From a virus, in the IMG/VR virus record IMGVR_UViG_3300035670_000153, positions 1-64,000 of that record: a stretch of 64,000 nucleotides of DNA. One strand, written 5' to 3'. The notes under the pieces were generated by a model. That model was given only the letters and a program-made list of their open reading frames with translations. It did not search any database and was not told the DNA's origin. Each line of letters starts with the position of its first letter. Within the stretch, counting starts at the first letter, position 1. Below are positions 1 to 10,108 of this stretch, piece after piece. The position numbers were made by a program, and so were the translations under genes.

Positions 1-83
1 TAATAATAAGATAATATGAGTCAAATTTTACCAAGAATTAATTAGTATAAATAAAAAAATAAGAATAAAAGGAGAAAAAAAAT

Positions 84-251
84 ATGAGTTTATCAAATGA
101 AGAAATTAAAGCATTACTATTATTTTTAGAAAGAACAGAATTGAAAGGTTCAGAAGCTAGAATTTTTACAATATTAATAGAAAAATTAGAAAAAATATAT
201 TTATCTCAAAATAATAATATACAACAAAATAATCAAAGGGAGGGCAAATAA
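84..251 (+). CDS. small hypothetical protein (55 aa), below the ORF-track cutoff
   Basis: AAAGGAG SD, ATG at 84, open to TAA at 249-251 (MSLSNEEIKALLLFLERTELKGSEA...). Confidence 0.7.
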   Translation: MSLSNEEIKALLLFLERTELKGSEARIFTILIEKLEKIYLSQNNNIQQNNQREGK

Positions 252-252
252 A

Positions 253-405
253 ATGATAGGATTTTTGAACGAAGAAGCATTAGATTTATTAAAGTTTTTG
301 AAAAGAGTTCCAACTACAGGAGATGAAGCTTATCACATAGTTAATCTTATGGATAGGTTAAGAGATTATTTAACTGAACAAGGCGAAATTGATAAATTAG
401 AATAA
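253..405 (+). CDS. small hypothetical protein (50 aa), similar to the preceding ORF
   Basis: GGGAGG SD, ATG at 253, TAA at 403-405 (MIGFLNEEALDLLKFLKRVPTTGDEA...). Confidence 0.7.
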   Translation: MIGFLNEEALDLLKFLKRVPTTGDEAYHIVNLMDRLRDYLTEQGEIDKLE

Positions 406-422
406 AAGTAAAGGGTGATTTT

Positions 423-698
423 ATGGAACAAAAAACAAAACCTAAAAAAAAAGGAAATGTATTTTCTAAATTAGTTATTTCTGCAATAGTATTATTAAAT
501 ACTACATTTACAATAGCTGTATTATACATATTTTTCAAAGTACAAAGTGAACCTGTTGTTATTATAGGTGCATGGTTTGCATTTACAACAGGAGAATTAT
601 GGATGTTAGCAGGAATAAGAAAAAATGAGAACAATTTAAAGAGTTTAATTAAAGAGAATAATAGTTTTATGACAGAGAATAATAAAGGAGATGAATAA
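423..698 (+). CDS. two-TM membrane protein, possible holin or antiholin
   Basis: two hydrophobic segments, basic N-terminus, directly upstream of the endolysin. Confidence 0.55.
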   Translation: MEQKTKPKKKGNVFSKLVISAIVLLNTTFTIAVLYIFFKVQSEPVVIIGAWFAFTTGELWMLAGIRKNENNLKSLIKENNSFMTENNKGDE

Positions 699-744
699 AA
701 TCATCTTCTATTTATTAATATAAAGAAAGGAATAAGGTGATAGT

Positions 745-1524
745 ATGAAAGTATTACAACAATTTTTACCTATTAATTTTCGTAAAGGAAGGACTTATAA
801 CGGTAAAACATATAAAATATTAGGTATATGTAATCATATATCTGTAGGATTAAGAGGTTCAGTAACAAGTTGGTTCAATAATCCTGCTTCTCAAGCATCA
901 TATCATTATTTTATATGTAAAAATGGAGATATAATTCAATTTGTAAGAGATGAAGATACTGCATGGAGTCAAGGAGGAATAAAAAAGCCAAGTTCTAAAT
1001 TGTATTTTGATAATGGAGAAGTTAATCCAAATAGATATTTATTATCAATATCACATGAAGTTATAAGTACAGAACCATTAACAGAAGCACAATATCAATC
1101 ATCATTATGGGTACACAAACAATTAATTGAAAAGTATAATATTCCTATAACAAGAGAATTTATTATAGGGCATTATGAATTAGATTCTGTAAATAGACCA
1201 AATGACCCACAAAAAGCTTTCCCATGGGATAGATTAATGCAAGATTTAAAATCATGGAAAAATGGAACAGTAACACCAATAATTGAAGTTAAAGTTAATC
1301 CAATAGCTAATACAGAAACAAAAGGAGGGATAAATAATATGTATAATGACAAAGATAAAATATCTGATTGGGCTTTAAGTAGAGTAGCAAGAGCAAAAGA
1401 GCTTGAGTTAATGTTAGGAGATAATTTAGGTAATTTTAATCCTAAAGGAACAGTAACAAGAGAAATGTTAGCTGTTGTTGCAGTTAATATATATGATAAA
1501 TTAATAGAGGATTTGAAAAAATAA
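745..1524 (+). CDS. endolysin: Amidase_2 N-acetylmuramoyl-L-alanine amidase with C-terminal SLH domain
   Basis: ASYHYFI..G.IIQFV.DEDTAW, SISHE, IIGHYE..RPNDP..FPW; SLH-like ISDWA...G...GNFNPKGTVTREMLAV. Confidence 0.9.
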   Translation: MKVLQQFLPINFRKGRTYNGKTYKILGICNHISVGLRGSVTSWFNNPASQASYHYFICKNGDIIQFVRDEDTAWSQGGIKKPSSKLYFDNGEVNPNRYLLSISHEVISTEPLTEAQYQSSLWVHKQLIEKYNIPITREFIIGHYELDSVNRPNDPQKAFPWDRLMQDLKSWKNGTVTPIIEVKVNPIANTETKGGINNMYNDKDKISDWALSRVARAKELELMLGDNLGNFNPKGTVTREMLAVVAVNIYDKLIEDLKK

Positions 1525-1552
1525 TAGATATATGTTATGGGAGGATTTTATT

Positions 1553-1816
1553 ATGGGTAAAATTAATTGGAAACAAAAATTAACAAGTAGAAAATTTGCA
1601 ACAGCTTTAATTGGATTTATTACTGCAATATTGATAGCATTTAAAGTTCCTAATATGAATATTGAACAAGTTGTAGCTACAGTATCAGCTTTATTGGTTT
1701 TAGTAGCTTATATTATGGGTGAATCAACAATTGACGCTGAAAGAGTTAAAATGGAATATTTAAATAAAACTGAAAATATTGTTTTGAGTAATAATGTAGA
1801 AAAAGAAATTAAATAG
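1553..1816 (+). CDS. phage holin
   Basis: INWKQKLTSRKF followed by two TM helices and AYIMGE; GGAGG SD favours ATG 1553 over 1532. Confidence 0.75.
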   Translation: MGKINWKQKLTSRKFATALIGFITAILIAFKVPNMNIEQVVATVSALLVLVAYIMGESTIDAERVKMEYLNKTENIVLSNNVEKEIK

Positions 1817-1940
1817 TAAAAATTACAGAAAATGTAAAAATAAAATGTAAAATATCGTAAGATTTAAGGTTATTAAAATTTTAAGATGTGTTTCTATATT
1901 ACTTCTAATTTTAATCGGATAATATATAACAATAAAAAAC

Positions 1941-1985
1941 AAAAAAAGAGGGTATATGTTTAAATTTTCATATACCCTCTTTTTT
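1941..1985. terminator. bidirectional rho-independent terminator between the convergent + and - arms
   Basis: A7-GAGGGTATATG/CATATACCCTC-T6 hairpin. Confidence 0.9.
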
Positions 1986-2019
1986 ACGTCATTTAGTTAT
2001 ATTTTTAATTAAATTTTAT

Positions 2020-2577
2020 TTATTGATTATCTTTATGAATAAAATCATCAATAAAAATTTCTACTGCTCTCTTATATGTATCTAAATCTCCATTATTATA
2101 AATAAAATAATTAAATCTATAATCATCTAATGCTATTTCAGATGCATGATTTTTTTGTATATCAGTTAAACCATTATCAAAATCATTTCTTTTTATTCTT
2201 ATTGTAGATGTTTTAAACCCATTTTGTTTCCATTTAGTATGTTCATTTTTAAATCTAAAATCTGGAATTAGTAGATAATCATAATCACTAAAAATACCTT
2301 TAGCTAATTCTATTGCAATATTTACCCATATATCTGTATTATTAGCTCTTCCAATTTCTGTACCTACTGTTTGCCACATAGTACGATTATATTCATCTCT
2401 CACAAATGAACAATCAAAATATTGATGACATACATATTTAACAAAATCTCCATAAGCTAAACGTTTAACTTTTAAATTTGGATATATTTTATTCATATAT
2501 GGGATAGCTATTTTAATAAATTCATCTTTCCCATGTTGTGCTTTAGCTGATAATAGTATTATTTTTGGTTTATTCAT
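2020..2577 (-). CDS. dNMP kinase-like P-loop protein
   Basis: SAKAQHGKD P-loop, R..WQTVGTE.GR, IPDFRFKNE, HASE.ALD. Confidence 0.75.
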   Translation of the reverse strand: MNKPKIILLSAKAQHGKDEFIKIAIPYMNKIYPNLKVKRLAYGDFVKYVCHQYFDCSFVRDEYNRTMWQTVGTEIGRANNTDIWVNIAIELAKGIFSDYDYLLIPDFRFKNEHTKWKQNGFKTSTIRIKRNDFDNGLTDIQKNHASEIALDDYRFNYFIYNNGDLDTYKRAVEIFIDDFIHKDNQ

Positions 2578-2580
2578 AAA

Positions 2581-3177
2581 CTATTCCTCCAATCCTGTCA
2601 ATTGTTTAAACATTGGTAATGTTAAAGCCCATTTACAAAATTCTCTCCATTCAGGTAATTTATGATGTTTACGCTGTGGGCATATTGTTTTTAATTGACT
2701 ATAATTAGTTGTCATTCTTGCAGTTAATTGGAATCCTGACGGATTACTATATAATAATCTCAAGTAGTCTTTTTTATCTTTAGTTTCATTATATTTGTCT
2801 TTTAATTCTTCCATTATAATGATGATTCTTTCATCTACATATTCGTTATATTGGCTTCTTAAATCAAATTTGTTTATACAATGCATTGTTGACTGACTAG
2901 AAACAAAATCTATAAAGTGGTAACGTTCTAATTCTATCCAAGCTTTTAGTGTGAATGTTAAATCAAATTGGACTATTATTCCAATAAGATATTGAGAATG
3001 ACCAGAACCTACTTGGGTACTACCTAAATTAATTGCTCTGGTTAGATGTTTACTGGATAACTCCTTATCCTCTGAATTAATTAAATCTGTCATACTATCT
3101 GTATTTGTCCTTAAAGGATATCCACTTGCCACTATACTTTCTTCTAACCCATATATTTTTACATTATCAATCTTCAT
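2581..3177 (-). CDS. divergent ThyX-like (flavin-dependent thymidylate synthase fold) protein
   Basis: GHSQYL, ELERYHF...SSQSTMH, TNYSQLK...QR.HHKLPEW resemble degenerate ThyX motifs; next to the dNMP kinase. Confidence 0.5.
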   Translation of the reverse strand: MKIDNVKIYGLEESIVASGYPLRTNTDSMTDLINSEDKELSSKHLTRAINLGSTQVGSGHSQYLIGIIVQFDLTFTLKAWIELERYHFIDFVSSQSTMHCINKFDLRSQYNEYVDERIIIIMEELKDKYNETKDKKDYLRLLYSNPSGFQLTARMTTNYSQLKTICPQRKHHKLPEWREFCKWALTLPMFKQLTGLEE

Positions 3178-4211
3178 TAATTACCTCCGTATCAGATGTG
3201 TTATTTATATTAGTATCATTATTTGTAGTAGTAGTATTACTATTGATATCTACAATCCAATCTTCTTTAACATTAATAATGTATCCATCTTCATGTTGTA
3301 TAGTATACCAATTATAAAATGATTTTTCTTTAGTGCGTTTGATTATGGTAAATTCTTTATTTTTATATTTAGTATATAATCCACTTCGATATAATACTGT
3401 TTGCCCAAGTGTATATTTAAAATCTGAATCTTGTGTTTGAGTTGATTTACCCATTTTTATAGGAGTTTTCCTTTTACTCGCCATTAATCTTGACTCCAAT
3501 CTTTTTTATATTTAATATATTATTTTTACTATATTTCTTGTATATCTACATTATTATCTAGTTCAATTTCTAATATCTTTAATACTTCGAGTAATGCATA
3601 AAAAGGATTATTACGTTCATTAATATGTATTTCACTTCTATATATTGCTCTGTTATTACCTAAAACAAATTCATCATATGATTTAGATACTCTAACATCT
3701 AAATACTTATCTTTATATCTTATTATCACATATTCATCTGTTTTTGTAATTACCTCCCACTTAAAACCAGTAGGAGGATGTTTACGTTTTATTGATTTTA
3801 TTTCAAACATTTTTATATTTCCTTTCTTTTATATTCTTAATTTTTAAACTTCATCCAAATAATATTTTTATTTTTTCTACCGATAAAAGTTTTTTTTATA
3901 TTGTTTTGATTAAATCTATTACTATGATTAGTTATATTTTTATCATTATTAATTTTGCGATATATCAATATTGGAATTGCAATTATCAATCCTAATATAG
4001 ACATTCCAATATACCATCCTAAAGGTATTAATATAATAAACCAAGATAAATTTAATATATTAAATATTTTAGCAGTAGATAATATTATAGATAAAATAAT
4101 TATTTTTTTAAATCCTATCACATATTGTTTGCCATATTCTTTCATTTCTAATTGTGACATTCCCATTAATTCAACAGACTTAGTTTTATCTTCATGTTTA
4201 TGTTTTTTCAT
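3167..4211 (-). other. three hypothetical CDS (3167-3499, 3529-3810, 3837-4211; the last is a membrane protein)
   Basis: ORF track, co-oriented with neighbours. Confidence 0.6.
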
Positions 4212-4226
4212 TATATCCTCCTATAT

Positions 4227-4754
4227 TTAAATAATTTTGCTCATTATTTCATTTAAACTCACAGGTTCATAATTATTAACATCTACTCCTACATTATAAG
4301 CTTTACCAAGAAATTGATTTAATTCAGGTCTTGCATTATGTACATGCCCATATAAATGTATACTTCCATAATGTTTTGAGTCCCATACATAAAATGGGAA
4401 ATGTGATAGAATTAATTTTACTTTTTCTTGATTATATTGTGTTTTTAATACAAAATAATCTTTAATAAACTCAAAATGAGAGTGTAAGCTTTTATCTTTT
4501 GCCCATGAATCATGATTCCCTAAAATCATATATTTCCTACCATTTAAATTATGTAATATAGCATTTGTTAATATTGGTGTTGCAAAAGAAAAATCTCCTA
4601 AAATATATACTTGGTCATCTGATTTAACTTTTTTATTCCATGCTTTTATCATTGAATCATTCATGTCATATTTATCAATATATGGTCTATTACAAGATTG
4701 TATAATGTTTGTATGATAAAAATGATTATCTGATGTAAAAAATATTTTACTCAT
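4227..4754 (-). CDS. calcineurin-like metallophosphoesterase
   Basis: SDNHFYH, LGDF, GNHD, SHFP, HLYGHVH, NVGVD. Confidence 0.9.
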   Translation of the reverse strand: MSKIFFTSDNHFYHTNIIQSCNRPYIDKYDMNDSMIKAWNKKVKSDDQVYILGDFSFATPILTNAILHNLNGRKYMILGNHDSWAKDKSLHSHFEFIKDYFVLKTQYNQEKVKLILSHFPFYVWDSKHYGSIHLYGHVHNARPELNQFLGKAYNVGVDVNNYEPVSLNEIMSKII

Positions 4755-4796
4755 TTTTTATCCTTTCTTTATATTTATTATTTTTATTATTATATA

Positions 4797-5905
4797 TTAT
4801 CTATACATGCCTTTAGTATATACATATGTTTGTATATGTGAATCATATTGTTTCTTGCTTATCTCTTGAATATTAATAAATCCTTTTACATTATTATACA
4901 TATTAAATATAATTGTAATATCAATTTCATTAGATGATGGATTAAAAATAATGTCATTATATTGAATATGTTCATCTGATAAGGAATCTATAATAGATAA
5001 ATTATTAAAACTACTATCCCATTTTCTTGATAAAATTTTATCTAATACATCATTTAAATTATAAGTTTTTTGTTTAAATAATGAAGTTAATTCTTTTATA
5101 AAATCATTATCTAATATAAAAACTTTATCATATAAAATAGCATCATAATCTGCTTCATTTAGACTATTACAATTACAATGAATATGAATTACTTTAACTT
5201 TTTCATCTTTATTCTGTGATGATGGATTAATCAATTTATTATCTTTCATTAAGCCTCTTAATTCCATTTCGTTAACTAGTTTTTTGTACTGTTCTAGTAA
5301 ATCATCTTGTTTAGGTCTTCTACTTATCATTGCTTAACACACTCCTTATTTTTTATTTTATTTTTTAACCATAGATTAATTATACTATACAAAAAAATAA
5401 AAGTCAATAGGTTAAATTGACTTTTATGTTAATATTAATATTTCAATATTTTTGAGTGATGGCAAATTATATCATTGCTTAATGGTGTTATGTATTCTGC
5501 ATAAATATGATAATTTGAAGTAGTTATCATTTTAATCCACGCTTTTTTACTAAAAGTCCTATTAATATTAGAATTTGAATTTGAATAAAATATATATTCA
5601 TTTATATAAGTTTCCCAATCTGTACATTCAATTTCTCTTTCTTGATGAAGTTCACCACTAGATTTAACACATTGATATTCTTTGATTATCATTTTTTATT
5701 CCTCCTAATATTTTATTTATTAAGTAAATGTCCAAAGTCCTTTATTACATTTATCACACCATACACCTACTTTATCATGTACTTGCCAAAATCTTATTTT
5801 ACTACCATTTGTACTAATATAAAATCCGTCATCATTATCAAACTTTTCATTTGGTTCTGATTTAAATTCAAATTCATATCCACATTGACATTTTATTGTA
5901 AACAT
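4797..5905 (-). other. three hypothetical CDS (4797-5330, 5435-5692, 5720-5905; the last is Zn-ribbon-like)
   Basis: ORF track with SD sites; CQC...CDKC in the last ORF. Confidence 0.6.
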
Positions 5906-5923
5906 ATTGTATTCCTCCTTTAT

Positions 5924-7117
5924 TTAATTATTATTATGGTAAAATAAGGTTTTAAATATTTCTTCAAGCATAGGGACTACTATACCTCTACCTGCTCTTT
6001 CATATAATTTACTATCAGCTAATCCTGCATTTTTTGCTTTGTAAAAATCTTCATCTGTATATCCCATTAACCTCCAACACTCTAATGGAGTTAATTTTCT
6101 GACTTTAAAATCACATAATATTTTTGGCTGTCTATTCCCTCCATTCATAGAGTTTAATGTAGGTGCAATACCTTTATTGCTGTATATTCTTGTATTACTA
6201 TGTATTTTATTATCTAAATTTCCAACTTGTATTAATTGTCTTCTCCTTTTTATAATAAAATTATCTACACTAGTTCCTTTATGATAATTAGCATCAATGC
6301 AATAACTAATATCTTGATGTGGTAAATTTTCTGTTATATGTTCATATCTATGTTTTGATATATAATATTTATTATCTACATTTAATTCTAATATATCTTG
6401 TAAGTTTATATCTATATTTTTACTTATTGGCATTTTAAAATCAATATCATGAGGTTTTAATATACTAATCATGATTACTCTTTCTCTGTTTTGTGGTACT
6501 CCAAAATTTTTACCATTTAAAACTTTCCAATAAGAATCATAACCTAAATCATCTAAAACTTTTATCCATTCTTTAAAATGTTCAATATGTCTTTTCCCTA
6601 CTAAGTTCTTAACATTCTCCATCATTAAATACTTTGGTTTCTTTTGAGTTATTATTCTTTCACATTCCCATAATAATGATGATTGAGTGCCACTATTTTT
6701 TTCTAATCCTGCTTGTTTACCTGCTACTGAAATTGATTTACAAGGATAAGAGTATGTAAATAAATCAAAACATGGTAATTCTTTTTCATTAATTAATCTT
6801 ATATCCCCATAATTTTTACTTCTTTTATGTGCTAAATATAATTTAATTAATTCTTTTTCACTCCTAGGTATTTCTGATTTACTAGTAGAAAAGTTATATG
6901 CAATATTTTTAGATTTTATTTCATTCAACATTTCTTCTTTAGATGGTATTGCAATATATTCTTCTTTATTATTATGTATAGCATCATATCCTATTAATGC
7001 ATTTTTATCAACTTCACTTATTCCAACAATTTCAAAATCAATTCCAATATTTCTAAGTGCCATTTCTTGACTTCCTACACCTGTAAAAGCTGTAAAAACT
7101 TTTAACAAATAAATCAC
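5924..7117 (-). CDS. DNA cytosine-C5 methyltransferase with atypical motif X (possible carboxymethyltransferase)
   Basis: motif I FTGVGS, catalytic PC (SYPCKS), ENV, PQNRER, RKLTPLEC.RLMG; motif X reads AGRGI instead of AGNSI. Confidence 0.92.
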   Translation of the reverse strand: MIYLLKVFTAFTGVGSQEMALRNIGIDFEIVGISEVDKNALIGYDAIHNNKEEYIAIPSKEEMLNEIKSKNIAYNFSTSKSEIPRSEKELIKLYLAHKRSKNYGDIRLINEKELPCFDLFTYSYPCKSISVAGKQAGLEKNSGTQSSLLWECERIITQKKPKYLMMENVKNLVGKRHIEHFKEWIKVLDDLGYDSYWKVLNGKNFGVPQNRERVIMISILKPHDIDFKMPISKNIDINLQDILELNVDNKYYISKHRYEHITENLPHQDISYCIDANYHKGTSVDNFIIKRRRQLIQVGNLDNKIHSNTRIYSNKGIAPTLNSMNGGNRQPKILCDFKVRKLTPLECWRLMGYTDEDFYKAKNAGLADSKLYERAGRGIVVPMLEEIFKTLFYHNNN

Positions 7118-7127
7118 CTCTTTTTAT

Positions 7128-7856
7128 TTATTTTATAGCCATATATCCAACAAAATTCATCCATCTCCAAAAAATATCAATCTTTTTAAAACCTGATTGT
7201 TTTAGTAGGTCGATATTCCAATTAGATGTAACTGGAACTAAAACCCCTTCTAAAGATAATTTTTTCCTATATATTTCTTCTTGTGAATACCCATTTGATT
7301 TTTTAAATTCATAATATTCACTTATCATTAATTCGTTTAATTCATCACAATCTCCTAACACTTTTTCAACAAATAAAAACATGCCACCTTCAAACATCGA
7401 ATTATATATATTTTGTATTATTTTTTGTCTATATTCAATAGGTGTAAATTGTAAAGTCAATATAGATGTTATTAATTGATAATTATCTTTTGGGAAATCT
7501 GTTCTTAAATCTAAATTCAATATTTTTATTGAATTTAGATAATCATACTTATTAAGTCTTTCTAATGCTTTTTTTATCATTGGCTCACTTATATCTATGC
7601 CAGTATATCTTGCATTTTTCCCAAATTCTTTTACGAATCTCTCTAATGATAGACCATTTGAACATCCCAAATCTAATATAGATTTATTATTATTTTTTTT
7701 TAATGAACTACATCCTAATTTAAATATAAGATTTCTCATTTCAGTATACTGTGGAATAGAACGAATTAACATATCTTCAAATAATATAGCTACATTTTCA
7801 TTAAATTCCCATTTCCCATTTTTATTTTCAAAATTTAAATTGTTATTGTTATTCAA
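7128..7856 (-). CDS. cmoA: CmoA-like (carboxy-SAM synthase family) SAM-dependent enzyme
   Basis: WEFNENVA..FEDML.RSIPQY, LDLGCS.G, LTLQF, FVEK, FK..NGYS.EEI..KK.SLEGV, GF....FWRWMNF. Confidence 0.8.
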   Translation of the reverse strand: MNNNNNLNFENKNGKWEFNENVAILFEDMLIRSIPQYTEMRNLIFKLGCSSLKKNNNKSILDLGCSNGLSLERFVKEFGKNARYTGIDISEPMIKKALERLNKYDYLNSIKILNLDLRTDFPKDNYQLITSILTLQFTPIEYRQKIIQNIYNSMFEGGMFLFVEKVLGDCDELNELMISEYYEFKKSNGYSQEEIYRKKLSLEGVLVPVTSNWNIDLLKQSGFKKIDIFWRWMNFVGYMAIK

Positions 7857-7958
7857 TTAAATTTCCTCCTTTAGAATTTAATTTTATATTATAATTTCAT
7901 TATTATAAAAATAAAAGGTAAGGGATTTACCCTCACCCTTTATTAATTGTATATTATA

Positions 7959-9680
7959 TTATTTCCCTAGATTTTTTCTAATTTCAGATAAATTTATTTC
8001 TCTTATAATTTTACCATCTATAAATACATCTGTCAAGACATTATCTGATTTACTATTTGATTCTTCTATTGTTAAGTTATCAATAGCTACTAAATCTCCT
8101 TTTTTATTTCTAACAACAGCTACTCTACCTGTTAAAGACTTTTTAAGTTTATCTGTATCAGTCACTGGGTCTTTGTATATATTGCGTTCTTCCCCATTAA
8201 TAACTACATGTGTTGATTTTAAAGCATACCCAAATGTATCACGGGTATTATATTGGTATGTAAAACTACCTATTCCAAACACCATATTTGTAGATGCAAA
8301 TCCTTTTTCTTTTAATCTACTACATATTATTTCACATCTTTCTAAAGTTATAGCATCACCATATATAGCTCCTATATGTGAATCTAATACCTTATACCCT
8401 TTTTCTGATATTGTTCCACCAAATATATCCCAAAGAATTTCTATTACACCTTTTTCTTCAAGGGTCAAAGTTGTTTCTTCACATGATGCAATAGATACTC
8501 CATCAATATAATAATATTGTTTATCATGTCTATTATATTCAATATCTATTTTTAATCTATAATATTTATCATTAAACTTAAAAATACCAGTATTCTCAGT
8601 ATATCCATGTTCCCCATGTGGAGTTTCATCACTAACTTCTTGTTCTAAAATCGATTTCATATATCTTTTAGCATCATCTAATGTCTTTACATATGTATCA
8701 GTTTCCATATCTACTATTTTAGCAGTTCCACAAATAATATCTTCTGGAATTCCACTATCAGGACGAATAACAACTTTCCCATCTCTTTGTAATATTTTAT
8801 TTTTTAATTTGCTTATTACATCAGTCAATACTTTCCATAAATCCCATGTATCACTTACAATTGATACAATGCCATTTGGGTGAACTTCTGTTATTAATCT
8901 TTTATATGACTCAAATTCATTTTCTCCATATGCACACATAACTGAATGTTCACTTGCTGGAACACTACAAGCAACCAATTCATTCTCAATATTAGCATTA
9001 TAATATTCTTCTAAAAATGATATTGCAGGGATTGTATCAGACCCTACAAAAGACAATAAATGACCTGCTCCACTACTTGATGCTGATTCTAGTGAACCCA
9101 TACCTCTCATGCTAAAATCATGACCTTGGAATGGTACAAATCCTGTATCTCCAATAGTTTCTATTGCATATTTATCCAAAATCTTCTTATATTGTAACGC
9201 AAGTGTAGCTGATGTACTAGGAATCCATAACTGACAAGACATAATTGTTTCAAGATAATTAGTTACCCAAAAAAATTCAGGTATTGTATTTTCAATAGTC
9301 AACATGGGTACTCTTAACGGAACTAATGTACCTTCTTCTATTGCTTTAATTTTTATAGGTAAATATCCTAATTTATGTAATGATATAATATGAGATGCAT
9401 CTGGCTCATTAACCCCTAATGCGTATTTAATTACTCTATTATATTCTTTAACTACTTCATTTATATCTCTATTAAAAAAATGTTCATTAAAATACTCAAT
9501 AAGATATTGTTTGATAAATGCTTGAAATCCAAATGCTACTACTTTATCTACTCCTTTAACTCTACTACCTCTAGGAGTCCAATTTGAATATACATATTCT
9601 GTACCTTCAGGATATTGTTTCAAATGAGAAACCTTATAAAAATCGCATAGTAATGTTGCTGGATAAATTGTTTTTGACAT
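7959..9680 (-). CDS. nicotinamide phosphoribosyltransferase homolog (NARP1 Namat-like)
   Basis: DFYKVSH, HDFSMRG, GSDTIPA, ASEHSVM, SIVSDTWD, VIRPDSG, IYGDAIT, TRDTFG. Confidence 0.92.
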   Translation of the reverse strand: MSKTIYPATLLCDFYKVSHLKQYPEGTEYVYSNWTPRGSRVKGVDKVVAFGFQAFIKQYLIEYFNEHFFNRDINEVVKEYNRVIKYALGVNEPDASHIISLHKLGYLPIKIKAIEEGTLVPLRVPMLTIENTIPEFFWVTNYLETIMSCQLWIPSTSATLALQYKKILDKYAIETIGDTGFVPFQGHDFSMRGMGSLESASSSGAGHLLSFVGSDTIPAISFLEEYYNANIENELVACSVPASEHSVMCAYGENEFESYKRLITEVHPNGIVSIVSDTWDLWKVLTDVISKLKNKILQRDGKVVIRPDSGIPEDIICGTAKIVDMETDTYVKTLDDAKRYMKSILEQEVSDETPHGEHGYTENTGIFKFNDKYYRLKIDIEYNRHDKQYYYIDGVSIASCEETTLTLEEKGVIEILWDIFGGTISEKGYKVLDSHIGAIYGDAITLERCEIICSRLKEKGFASTNMVFGIGSFTYQYNTRDTFGYALKSTHVVINGEERNIYKDPVTDTDKLKKSLTGRVAVVRNKKGDLVAIDNLTIEESNSKSDNVLTDVFIDGKIIREINLSEIRKNLGK

Positions 9681-9697
9681 AATATTCCTCCTATAAT

Positions 9698-10099
9698 TTA
9701 TAATTTATCTTCCATTATTTTAACTGCGTCCAATAGAACACTATAAGCTGATTTTAAACCTGCTCTATCATCTAATAGTATATTGTAATAAACTTTTTTA
9801 CCTGTAAATTTTACAAAATCCATATTTTCGTTAATTCTATCAAATGGTATTTTATTGTCATATAAATAATCTTTAATTTTCATGTATTCATCTTCTCCAC
9901 AACATGTAAAAACTATAAAATGAGCACCAATATTATCGCATCTTTTTAATAATGCTATGATGTCTTCATATTTACGACCTTGTTTATGAAAATCATATAC
10001 TGTATCATCAAAATCATAAGCTATTATAATTTTACCATATTTTTCCCATTCTTTTACAAGTCTATTTACTTGATTTAATTCGTTTAAATAATAATCCAT
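9698..10099 (-). CDS. HAD-superfamily phosphatase-like protein
   Basis: AYDFDDTV (DxDxT), VFT, K.YYNILLDDRA. Confidence 0.7.
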   Translation of the reverse strand: MDYYLNELNQVNRLVKEWEKYGKIIIAYDFDDTVYDFHKQGRKYEDIIALLKRCDNIGAHFIVFTCCGEDEYMKIKDYLYDNKIPFDRINENMDFVKFTGKKVYYNILLDDRAGLKSAYSVLLDAVKIMEDKL

Positions 10100-10108
10100 T
10101 AAATACCT

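Noticed and set aside
347-634. 95-aa minus-strand ORF
   Set aside because: It is antisense to the + strand lysis-module genes, which have clear SD sites
8460-8726. ~90-aa insertion in the NAMPT-like protein read as an intein
   Set aside because: No N-terminal Cys/Ser block and no His-Asn end; treated as a variable insertion
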